This document shows, in pieces, positions 52,401 to 64,000 of a stretch of 64,000 nucleotides of DNA. A model generated the notes under the pieces. The model had not been told where the DNA came from. It did no database searches and worked only from the letters and a program-made list of their open reading frames with translations. Source of the DNA: Azolla caroliniana (lineage: Eukaryota; Plantae; Polypodiophyta). The first letter of the stretch is position 1. Each line of letters starts with the position of its first letter. Location: the NCBI GenBank assembly GCA_043228905.1, contig JBHGNT010000005.1, forward strand, positions 5,828,001-5,892,000, read 5' to 3'. Position numbers and translations under genes: made by a program.

Positions 52401-55400
52401 GTCACTATCATCCTGTTTCTTGCCATTTAATATTTATTTAGATATACAAATATTTCTTATATCCTGGCACTTGGCAACTAAACTTTTCATGATATAATAA
52501 GACCTTGAATCCACAAACTCCTAACATTTATCAATAAACATTTTCATAATAAACATCTAGGCTTCATACCTGATCTTCTTCACTTAACCAACCTCTCAAT
52601 AAAATCATTCCTGGCATTAAGATTTTGACTTTTGAACTACGTTCTTTAACCTTCCGGCCCGCCTGTTTGATTGCCAATACGGAAGGAGAAAGTGAATATC
52701 GCTTTCCAGTCTGAGGTTCACATATATCAAATACAGTTGCATGTGAAGTCTCTGCTTTATAATCCATCAAACATTCTTCATCTTCGAAGACTGTATGAGG
52801 TTCATTTTTCAGATTTGGTGTACGCCAAACATTGTTTGCATTGTCAGATCCATAATGTTTATGTTTACCACTTGAATCAAGCACAGAAATAATAGGATCA
52901 TCATGTTGTACTCGTCCACTTTTCACAGATGCTATGGAATTGCCGTTGTCTTGTTGTCTTCTACCCAATTTTGTGCTCTTCTTTTGTGGATATGAATCTT
53001 TGGATTGCTGATTATTGAGAAAAACTGGGTATTCCAGTACCGACGGATTTGGTTTAATTCGTAGATCAATTGTTTTCCTTGTTTCTTTATCAAGCTGACT
53101 ATTATCGATGCTGCTATTTATTTTGATATCAATTTCACCATCTCCATCGGCCATCAAAACCTACACATGGGAGGTAAACATCAAAAACTTAATGGCTATA
53201 GTTGGGAGAGTTTAGTAGATATCATATTTACTGAATGTTTATACATGCGATGCACTGCACTGGATGGATTGCGTCTTTTAGCTTATGTTCATGCATGTGG
53301 ACTATACACAGACATACAGAGTAATTAACAAATGCACATGGATGGTCCCTTGGGAGCCCTGCTATCTCTTCTTGGCTACATGCAAATATTTGTTGGAGGC
53401 AATCAGATGTATCTGCATTATCAAAGTATGTTCCTGCGTAATTGGTTGAATACATGCAAATATTTGTTGGAGTCAATCAGATGTATCTGCATTATCAAAG
53501 TATATTCCTGCGTAATTGGTATAAACAAAATGCTGACAGATGCTGGTCCGTATAAAACCAACCCGATAGCTGCTAGCTGAGTGGGAACCTCAAAAACCCA
53601 CTGATCCCAGGTATTCAATGAACAGAATGAACATAGTAGCTTGCTAATAACATTTTAGATCTTTGCAAATCATTCAGTTCTGTGATCATTGCAACCATAA
53701 TGACAAATGTCAATCTCATGAAACTTGTAACCAAGTGGCAACTTGGTTGCAATATATTCGCTGAAACTGATATTCTTTTGGCCTATAGGTTAGTTAACAG
53801 CGAATTAACCAATTCTTTCTTGGGTTCCTGTATGTTGTACTTGTTTTATCTCTATATATACATGCATTTAAACACACGTGTTTCTGTAGGAAAATAGCTG
53901 TAAAGAATCAAGTTCTTCATGACAGACACAAACATGAAAGCATGACCTTTGATACCTTCTGGCCAGTTATATCAATTGTCACAACCATTTTTTTCTTCCG
54001 AGCCTCTTCTTTTAACTTGAGTTCTTCTTGTTTTTCCAAAATAGTTTTTCTTTCCTGTCAAAAGTAAGTCCAGCAAATTAGCAGCTTAAAACTAGAATTT
54101 AGCAATTCAACAGCTCAAAAGAGTCCCACCTCTTCAGAAAGCCAGGGGTTTTGATCAACTTGGAAATAATCACTTTGATCATCAATTACAGATGTTCTCT
54201 GTGATGATGTACGCCCATATTCGACGAGTCTGTTCTTGATAGCTTGTGCCGCAGCCTCAGATTCCGACATCGGGATGGTTGTACCTTCAAGGCCTGCATA
54301 AGCACTACCTTCAAGAAGTACAAGAGATCCACAAAAGTTGCAAGGGCCCTCTCCTTCCTGCTCACAAACAATCCTACCACACGAAAGGCAATTGTTTATA
54401 AGTTTGTGTCTAGTTGCCTGGCACGTACATGGAGCACCCCTAGAAATGAGCAGCTTTCCCTCAACAGCCTCTGCAAGTGAAACTCCTCTCGCCCCTTTTT
54501 TTGCTTTATTCCCTACTGTCTTGCCTTTGGCCAGTGCATTGGACTGTGCATCCAGGGATACAGCAGCATCTGAAGAGCTCTTTTCTGACACAGTGATTTT
54601 TTCCTTTGAACTTTTTGAAAGCTTTCTTCCTCCAGAATTCATAACTTCACCTATTTTTGGTTTAAAATAGACATGCATTCCATCTTTAAGACTCTGCTCA
54701 TTTTTTAGAGGCTCGTCAACTGCACGTTTATGAAGATACTCTGTGATTATGTCTTTACAGTTCTCCTCCCCTATCACATTCTGCATATCAACAAGTATTC
54801 AGATGACTCTACAATCATAACCTTACCCATGCACATAAACTAAGATACCTTTGACAGAATATCGCTTATCTCATCTAATAAAATCAAGACAAGCAATCAA
54901 TACAACAGATCGATTCTGAAATTTAAGATGTCAAAATATTAGCATCGTAAAATCTTAACTCTGAAATAATAATAGATAAGCTTGAAATCCTTATATGTTG
55001 TACTATTATAACCAAGAATTTTAGAAATGGTAAAATGGAAACACTGAATAAATAGCAGAAAGAAGTAAGAAAAAACAAAGTTAAAATCCAAAGGATACAA
55101 TTCGAAGATTAAATATTTGCGCAGAAAAACAGAGAGAAGGAGATTTAATGATGTAAACACATGCCACATGTTAACATGGATATAGTACAAATTTAATTAC
55201 AAACTCTTATGATTTAATGTATGTTAAATAAATCATTGACCTTCACAAGATTTAGTATTATCCATAAAATCATTAATCTTATAGTAGAACATGAAATTCA
55301 AATAATCTAGGAGAGGGGTTAGAATTAGAATTAGAATTAGAATTTTTATCGTCCATAAAGAGGCCAATTTTGACGTATGGGACCAGAGTATACATGTGTT

Positions 55401-56777
55401 CTTGATATGTGTCTCCTTCCTAAGAAGGGGTATTCATACATTGAAGCACAAAGTCTCTATGTGTGAATAAAGCATACACATATGAGCTCAACCTTCTCAG
55501 TGGTGTCTTAAGTATGGCACTTAAGTTATCACTCCCTCTTAGTATGTCAGCATCTCTTGAACGAATTGCACTATATATCGAGCATGTGAAGGGGTGAGAA
55601 AAAGAGAGCACTTGAGGTAGAAATTATGCCTTTATAAGTCCTGGCAAAGGAAGAAAACTTTGCACACTTCCAAAAAGTAACACAAAATAAATCCGAACAA
55701 ACAATACAGAATCCTTCTTTTCAAAACATTAACCACGCAAAGAAAGTACTAGACAATAACGAAGGACTCATACAAAGGGTGCACAAACTGTTTGTTCAGA
55801 TATGTAGGGGGGTTTTACTGATATGTATCTGTTTGCTATTTCCCAAAAGCATTTGCACTTGTTGACAGGTCACCTTACTCGTGTAGAAGCATGTTACATG
55901 TGCATTCGGATATGCAATGTGAGATTTTACCTAAATGTGGCAGTTCACAATGGTGGATTCAAGTTCTACACTTGCTAGGAAGTAGTCTTACTGACAGTAC
56001 ATGATGACAGCATAATATACACAAGGAGACATATATAACTAATAGGATATATACATGGATTGGCAGTGAACGAACCACAATGTGTGCTGTGAAGAACCGA
56101 TACAAGGGGAAATTTCTGCAGCCAATGGAGATTTCCAATAAATATGCCCAGACAAACTCCATGCAGGATTGTTGATGTATAGGGTTATGCAACATACTGG
56201 GTTGCAGTATACTTGCATTGAATATTCCATCACTATGGGGGATGGAGCATACAATTATAACCACTGCACCTCTATTAGGATCCATCGGCATATGGATCCC
56301 AGCTCCAAGCAAAACTAATGCATGCATGGCCTGGCATGTTTATCCCGAGAGCAAAAAACAAGGTCTTTTATACGATATATTGGCAATGGAAACCATAACA
56401 TTGGTTTCATTGACAATGATGAGCATGGGCCATTATATTTATTGGCGGTGAATTAGCTTGAGTCACCTACTTGTGTTTTTCATTGCCATTTTGGATTGCC
56501 ATGTAACTGAACTACCATCTGACGTTAAGATATAGTAAAATAATGAAGGGCGGGAATGTGGTGAACCAAACAAACGTTTAACTTAGAATCATAAAAGATG
56601 GTTAGTGCGCAGACTCACACTGAGGTAGTCTTTGGCGAGCGAGGGCGGGGCACTCTCGCAGTAGGAGACGAGGCTGGAGATGACGTCGGGATCTAGGTGG
56701 GTGCTGCAGAGCTCCAGCAAGGCTCCATGGAGCCATGCTCCCGCTCCAGCAACGTCTGCTGCTGCCGTGCCCGACAT
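49403..56777 (-). CDS. Fusion protein: ASC-1/TRIP4(RQT4)-like zf-C2HC5 protein plus ALKBH1-type Fe(II)/2OG dioxygenase, 6 exons, ~698 aa
   Basis: Exons 56777-56619, 54780-54130, 54054-53956, 53160-52570, 50087-49761, 49672-49403, all phase-0 GT-AG. ASC-1 part: CTCQATRHKLINNCLSCGRIVCEQEGEGPCNFCG, RLVEY...VIDDQSDYF, VVTIDITGQKV, IKPNP, GRVQHDDP. AlkB part: PGMILLRGWLSEEDQVKIVQICRDLG.G.GGFYQPGY, PNICLVNFY, LGLHQDKDE (HxD), YHGV, RLNLTFR. An alternative in-frame ATG lies at 56819. Confidence 0.88.
50660..51165 (+). mobile_element. Non-LTR (LINE) reverse transcriptase fragment in intron 4 of the fusion gene
   Basis: Degenerate FKKA.NTIPRSKLW, GVK*GCSVSPTLFGLC, LLYADDVALFS, FCSISGLIVN, FKYLG motifs. 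Confidence 0.85.
53377..53520. repeat. Two-copy tandem duplication (period 74 bp) in intron 3 of the fusion gene
   Basis: TACATGCAAATATTTGTTGGAG.CAATCAGATGTATCTGCATTATCAAAGTAT.TTCCTGCGTAATTGGT at 53377 and 53451. Confidence 0.9.
55319..55385 (-). mobile_element. 3' tail fragment of SINE/LINE family
   Basis: Reverse complement of 41279-41339, including the (TTCTAA)n tail. Confidence 0.7.
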
Positions 56778-57014
56778 GGATCGATCAGTCCTTTCTGCAG
56801 CCTCCGTCCTGCTTCTCATCGATCGATAATAGTAGACTGTAGTAGAACATACATACATACATACATACATAGAGAGGCATTAGGTGGATTGTTGGGATGG
56901 CTCTTGTCAACTCTTTAGAGACCAGATCCCATCATGGCCCATGAGTAGTAGTGGTTCCATACACACACCAATATGTATGGCATGATTGATACATATAATA
57001 TATATAGATATATC

Positions 57015-57238
<224 letters not shown>

Positions 57239-58893
57239 TGGTGTAAGTTGTAACAAAGAGAAATGTGGAAATGACCTTGTGTTGATCAAAGAGTGCACAT
57301 GTTCCAAAGCCTTTCCATATGTAACAAAAGAGAAATGTGGAAGTGACCCTGTTTCCGTCAAAGAGTTGAGCAAGGTTATCTATCCATCGATGGTGATAAT
57401 GAAGTGACCAATGAAAAGCTTAGATGGGGAGGGAGAGTGTTCTAGGGCCTTCCCCATGGAAATGCACATTAGAGTGAGTTTCTAGCTTAGCTTCCGCTGA
57501 AATATGACACTTCCCCTATGATACCACCAAATAATGCAAGACCACAATAAAGAGAGTATTTGTGAACCTTAGGATAATAACCTAATGTCCACGAACATAA
57601 AAAAAAAAGGAAATTGAAATTCATCAAATTTAAAAGAAGCATAAAAATGAAAGTATTCGGCATTTTCATATTTTTTATCCAACATTGAAATAGAGCTCTT
57701 TGTTCTTAATCCTTGTTTAAATTCTTTTCTCTATTGTAGGTGTGCAGTTAGTAAGAAATAGGAAGTTGGTGTTAGGTTAACGCTGTGGATTTCTCATTGA
57801 TTTCTTTCGTTCAGTTTAGAATTAAGTCATTCTTTGTGTTCATTAAGTTTTAGTGAGGTGAATATGATTAAGGGGCTCATTTAAGTAGACTAGGGTCCCC
57901 TATAGTTATTGCACTCGATGGGGTTGACAACCTCTCTTTGCCAGCTTTGCCTATAAAGGGTGTATATCCATTTGATATTGTGGAACAAACTATTTGTGAG
58001 CAGAATTGTTAGTTAGGTAAAGGCATCATACTTTAATGACATTGGCATTGCTTTCAAGAACTACAATGAATACTTGGAAGTGCTTGACGCAATTGTTTGC
58101 AATCTCTCGAGGTGCAAGCTATCCTATTAAGAGGAAGCAATTTTTTTCTTTACTAATCATTCCTTAATTATATTCGTATTTTCACTAGGTGTTTTATAAT
58201 GTTATGTTGATTTTATTCCACTAAACTTGTTCACACCAACATTTTCCTACCAATATTTCTTAACTAGATGTTTATGGATTGGCATCCTAATGATGGAACA
58301 ACACAATGAAATGTGGCCTAGCAATTATGCTTAATTGTATCATGATGTTTCAAACACTAGAAATTCATTGATGTAGTTGCTCTACATAATGCTCCTCTAC
58401 TGAGGAGTGACTTCTTACATGTTCCAGGGATAGAGATCGTCGATGTGAACAAACTCCAATTATGGTTAATATATGGTATATGAATTATGGACGTTATATC
58501 CCATTGCCTTATTGCATACTTGTTACATATGATGATTCGAGTATGGTGGTTCTCATGGCACTAAGAAAAATTTGACCTCTTCTAAAGGTCTTTTATTAAG
58601 GTAATTCAAAGTGTCCACTAGTTTGGCAGTAAGTAGAATCACTCTGCACAATATTGAAAAGTTGGAAGAAAATAAAGCGGAAGATAGTTGGTTCCGTTTC
58701 TCATTATTTTGCAAGCATAAAAAGTTAGGTCTAGTAAAAGAGCAAGAAATGCTTAATGCATATCACTATTGCCCCTAGTTTGTAATTCGATTTGCCTAAG
58801 TATGGAAAATCTAGAAGAGCTAAAAATGGAAAAGACTGATATTTGTCCAAGAACAAGAGTAATGTAACTAAGAAATTGCTAACTGAAACACAG

Positions 58894-60552
58894 TGGAAAA
58901 CCAGTATTTATAGCTGCATCACTAAACAAATGAGCAACGTTCTGAAACAGGGCATGAACTACAAAAAGCTACATGAGGTATGTGTCATCGTGTCTGCAAG
59001 TTTTTTTTTGTACCAATTGTTTTTTTCTTTACAAAATTGATCACCTTTTATGAATTTTATTGTTTAGAAAAATTCTCATTATTACCTCATGCAGTTAATT
59101 ACCCATATTTTATTACAATTTTCTGTCATTACATGAAGGTTGAGATTCTGTCAGCAGAAATTAATAGTGTTGCACAAGCAGTTCAGGCTACATCCATAGT
59201 AGATGTTGGAGCTAGACAGGTATTTCTAACAATCATTCTGGTGGATTTTGTTGTGTTTTCTTTTCTTTCTAATGATAGATTATTATGTACACTTAATATC
59301 AGGGTTACCTTTCTCAAGTATTAGCTTTTGAGTATGGTCTCCCTGTTGTGGCACTTGATGCATCTGAACACCATTGCAGTATAGCAAATGAGTGGAGTGT
59401 ACGAATTAAAAAGCATTTCGTGGCATCTGCGAAAAATAAGGCTTTGACTTCTGAGATTGTTTAGATTCTGCAAATGCAATGTGTGTTATGCTGATGGTAG
59501 GAGATTATTCCAAATCTTAATATTCTCTTATCACTTATTTTGTATCTTGAGTAATTCTTTGTTGCTTGTCAATTTTGTCAGAGTGCAGAGATGTGGCAGG
59601 GTGTGGGGTCTGCGTCAGCCATTTATAATTTCCAGCAACATTCATTAAGGGCTGGATTTCAACTGGTAAAGAGAACAATGTGTCAATAGTTGCTATGCAG
59701 GTTAGGTGCTAGTGATCAGCTTGTTAAATCAAAACACGTTTTGAAGGTTCTTCGCAAGCATTATCCAGACCTGGCAATGCTTAATCCTACAATCGGAGTC
59801 GGATGATTAGGCAAGGCTCGCCCGCAGAAAGCAGGTCAGGAAGCATGGCAAGGCAGAAAATATAAACAATGATGAGAATACCGAAGATTTTAGCTCTGAA
59901 ATAGATAAAAGGCTGCGACTTAATGGAGGTGACACAAGAGAGGATTTTCTCGAATTTTGCCGAGCTGCATTTGAAAGGCTGAATGTGGAAAGTGTTGCTG
60001 AAAATGTTGTGGACCAGATATGGATGGAAATTGAACCTAAAACTGTACGTGTTGTTTATATCTTTACAAAACTTATTACATTGTCGGGGATAAACATCAA
60101 AATACCTGACTCATTGGGTACTTACCAGAATATCCAACTTCAAAACAATTATCAGAATAGTCCAATGTAGTTGTAAAGTCTGTACTAGAGCGCTATTCTG
60201 ATCATTTGAAACAATGAGCATTCTGGTAAATGCTGGAAAGTTAGTGTAAGTCTTGTGTTTTTCTATACATTTGGTGTGCTATATATTTTATAGTAAACTT
60301 GAAAAGAAAATCATCTGTGATGAGCTGGGGCTAGTTGGACCTTATTGGTCCTTGAGGGCTGTCTTAGGCCCCGTACTGGAGACATACATTTTACTCGATA
60401 GGTTGCTTTATCTTCAAGAACAATTGCCGTCACACGAAGCTGATATGGATTCCTTGAGGGGATTATCAGGTCCAAGGTTCATACCATTGTTTGATCCAGA
60501 TGTATCGCCACGCACATGGCCATATTGGCCATCAAAAGATAAACGTAGTTAG
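58894..60552 (+). pseudogene. Intron-retaining pseudogene or fragment of METTL25/RRNAD1-like methyltransferase
   Basis: Exon remnants GMNYKKLHE|VEILSAEI...IVDVGARQ|GYLSQVLAFEYGLPVVALDASEHH; VLRKHYPD...PTIGVG*; LVGPYWSLRAVLGPVLETYILLDRLLYLQEQ; IPLFDPDVSPR. There is an in-frame TGA near 59804, the SAM motif GxGxG is changed to GARQG, and N-terminal and central exons were not found. Confidence 0.78.
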
Positions 60553-62979
60553 AGGTTATCTTGACAGTTAGAGGGTTTTATTCCTCATCTCTCACCTTCT
60601 CTCATAGTTTTGCATTCTATCCTAGGGATGGTTGATTGAATTATGAAAAATGACAGCTTTGGGTGCAACCAACAAAGCAATCACTTACCGGAGAAAGAAT
60701 TACACATCTCTTATTTCATTTGGTTGCAGCTTGCAAATTGAAAGTTCAAGAAGTGTCGTATCAAGCTTCCATCGGGTCCAGAAGATATGTTTCGCTCCTC
60801 TCCCTAAGCATGGACTCTCCATGCATCAACACATGCGAGGATCTACAATCTACAATTCTTAAATGGCTTTCAATCTAATTAGTATTTGTCTTAATTATGA
60901 ATAATGGATGCATTGAAATGCCATCATTGATGCTCTAAAAGTCTATGATGAGATTGAAATTAAACAAAAACGATTTCATTTTGATGGATGAACCATTGCT
61001 TTCTCTAACAACCTCTAGTCTATCAAGAGCATTGGTCACAAGTAATACCCAAACCTGTGTCAACACTATTGACTAAGAGTCAAGGAACTTTCTATATTGA
61101 TCATGACAATTTACATGTTCCTTATGGTGCAATTCAACATCCTTTGCTTGTCTTGTCAATGTCCTTAGGGTGGCATTTTTTACGAGCAATGGGTGCTTGT
61201 GCCTAGATTTTGGTAGTATCTACATCCATTTTTCTAATGGATATGTGATGGAAATTCTTCTTGTGACAAAAGAGGTCACAAAAATAGGAATAGAGAGATT
61301 GCAATGATCTAAACTTGTTAGATTATAAAAATTGAATGGATATATAATCGAAATACTACTTGATGTGGCAAAAGAGGTTCCACAAATAGAATAGAGCGCT
61401 AAAGCGGATTCAAACTTGTTGGATTATTAAATAAAATGGAGCTGCTACTTGAGATCACAAAAAGAGCCACAAAATATAGGGCAACATGGTGAAAGGGATT
61501 CAAACTTCTTGGAGTATTAAAAGTCATAGAGATCCTACATTTTATGGATGTGATTAAAGACATCATTGAAGGATGTTTTGCACTAATGGTTGTAAAAACA
61601 TGCAACATATGATATTCTGGATGTTCTATTGTAACTTCTACTGAAAGACAACGTTGATGGGGCCTATTGCATCTTTTGGATGTTCCACCACCATTCTGAA
61701 AAAGAAGTGATACAATGAAGGAAGAAGGTTATTTGTTCTTATATATATGAATTTAAATTGTAGACTTTATTATGTATATACTCATTTTTTCTTTTTGATA
61801 GAAAAGACACACCATGCATCACTAAAAATGAATAAAGAATGCTAGACAAGTTTGTTTTGTGCAAGAGGATCATATGACCAATGTCAACGATGTCAAACTA
61901 AATTTCTAAAGAGTTTCTATAATGGACACGACATCAAACAAGCTTGTTATGTGTGAAAGGATTATATTCCCAATGTACAGGATGTCAAACTAAATTTATA
62001 AAGAGTTTCTACAATGGATGTAACATCAAACTTATTGTGAGAGATTTGAACACGTGACCTTAATTATGTAACACAAAAATTGTTTAGATACCAACCCAAA
62101 TAAAACCAAACAACATAATTGTTGTTATTGTAATTATAATCTTGCTCTATTTTTCTTGATATTATTATCTTTGGTGTATTTGTCACTCTCTCTTCTATAA
62201 AATGGGCGCACACAAACATCTTACTTGATCAACTCCTCAACATTGAACTATATTCTCTAGTTCTTTACAAAAACTACACCCATGATGTTTCTATATATAT
62301 AATGTAAATTTAAATTAAGTAGGCTACCAATCTATAAGTCTCCACCTCGCTAGTGCATATGTATATACATAGATTGACCCATGCGTAATATTCGTGGTAT
62401 TCGACATCCGTAATATTCGCGATATTCGAGAATATAAAACAGCCCCAAGAATATTATAAAACCATTCGTTTACATATACATGTACACACATACATATATG
62501 ATATATACATATACATACATACATACATATATGATATATACATATACACACATACATACACAGTATATAGTATTGTGGGCAATTTACGTGTTGTTGCAAC
62601 ATATCATGACAACCTTCAAAACTTGCACTTGGACTTTTCCTATCGCATTCACTCCTAATTTATATGTTAATTTGAAATACATCAATGTATTTGGGAACTA
62701 GAGATAATATATCACATTATGTTATGAAGATAATGCCTTTTGCATAATTAGATAATGTAGCAAATCATTTGTAGCATATGCCACTAGAGCCTTTTAAAGA
62801 CCTCAATATAATATTTGATTTGATTTCACTCCCTCTCATGTATTCAAATCGTAGCAATGCCTTTCATTTGGGGGAAACATTGAGAGATTGTGATCCATTA
62901 GTGGATTGGCTACCTCAACCTCAACATGGCGAATCTAGAACACCTCTCCATCTTGTCGTCACTAAAAATAGAATATTTT

Positions 62980-63110
62980 AAGGTTAAACATCCAAGCCCT
63001 TCTAGAGTGGTATCTCATTAATGGCTCGAGGCTAAATAGACTTAAGAGGGTGTAAGTAACCTTGAGCCATCAACAAGATACCACTCTAGAAGAGCTTGGA
63101 TTCTAACCTT
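62980..63110. repeat. Fold-back inverted repeat (~50-bp arms, ~30-nt loop)
   Basis: TCCAAGCCCTTCTAGAGTGGTATCTCATTAATGGCTCGAGG pairs with CCTTGAGCCATCAACAAGATACCACTCTAGAAGAGCTTGGA; pairing extends to AAGGTTA/TAACCTT. Confidence 0.85.
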
Positions 63111-63814
63111 GCACCAATGGTTACAAAGTCAAGGAATAGCCCTAAGTAGATAGTGTCTATGGGGTGTTGGTGCAAGTCAAGGATGCCATTACATGCCTTC
63201 ATTGCCATTAGTGCAAGTCAAGGAATTGCATGTGTTCCTCCTAAAGGGCGATGAAGACATGTAATGGTATCCTTAGGTTGGATGGATGCAAACAACATGC
63301 CTAACATATGTAGGTAAGATGGAAAGCATCTCACATGGTGTTTCCGATAATGTGTGAGAAACACAACTTTGAGAGATGAACAATTGGAAACAATTGATAA
63401 TACCTCATAGGACGAGGAGAAAAGGGAGGTATTTGCAGAAAAGACTATCACTTCTAAAATTATTAGTTGTGAGGAATAGGAGGAAGAGGTCATGTACAAC
63501 TCTTTGTTCCATTTGTACAAGTGACCCCTCCACTCCACCGCATGGAGTAGGAAATGAACCCAAATATTCTTGAAAGATCCAAACCACAAGTAAGAAATTA
63601 ATGCAAGGTGTTTGAATCCTATGTGAATCAACCCCATCACATGGTAGTTATGAGGCAGTTCATGATGTTTGATGGATGAAACATATAAAGTTGACGCATA
63701 CTTTTTATGGTGGGAATGTTGCTTAATGAGTATCCAATGAAGAAAAGCTAGTGTTCTCTTTTTATCATGACGTGGATGAGTAAATGTTAGTAGTTAGATG
63801 TCTAGGAAGTTATC

Positions 63815-63985
63815 ACAAGAATGATCGATGTGAAGCAAGGACTCTTGCTCTCCCCCACTCTCTTTAGATTACGCATTGAGAGGTAGCAAACTACATCACA
63901 TTTGGAGGCAACAAGGGAATCAACATATAATGTACCCCTTCCAAATTCCTTTTTTGTGTCGATGAGATAGTCTTGCTCTTTAAAT
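63815..63985 (+). mobile_element. Highly degenerate LINE RT fragment
   Basis: DVKQGLLLSPTLF followed by a F.VDEIVLL segment resembles the GVKQG.PLSP.LF and YADD RT motifs. Confidence 0.5.
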
Positions 63986-64000
63986 CTCTATGGCCATGAT

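Noticed and set aside
49403-56777. Two separate neighbouring genes (ASC-1 and AlkB)
   Set aside because: No stop codon lies between the ASC-1 motifs and the AlkB N-terminus. Both occur in the single open exon 53160-52570.
59438-59446. Additional GC donor (AAG|GCTTTG) in the methyltransferase pseudogene
   Set aside because: The downstream exon is missing or degenerate, so the boundary cannot be fixed. Excluded from the GC-AG count.

Overview
Eukaryotic, intron-rich land-plant nuclear DNA. Two ciliary genes, a PLS-class PPR gene with long L motifs and Copia/hAT/LINE debris point to a seed-free plant with flagellated sperm, probably a fern (inference). I read seven apparently intact genes exon by exon: GH3 beta-xylosidase (+), Sororin-like (+), PLS-E PPR (-), DNALI1/p28 (+), BBOF1/CCDC176-like (-), plastid transaldolase (-), and an ASC-1/TRIP4 zinc-finger protein fused in frame to an AlkB (ALKBH1-type) dioxygenase (-). 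Also present are a decayed METTL25/RRNAD1-like pseudogene, a deleted Copia element with a nested solo LTR, several hAT-type MITEs with 8-bp TSDs, LINE and SINE fragments, and microsatellites. The two strongest observations are (1) the ASC-1::AlkB fusion, whose junction lies inside one exon, and (2) an apparent large excess of GC-AG introns: 7 of 42 predicted, all AG|GCA, 3 of them in DNALI1. All gene models were derived by eye, without RNA data or database searches.
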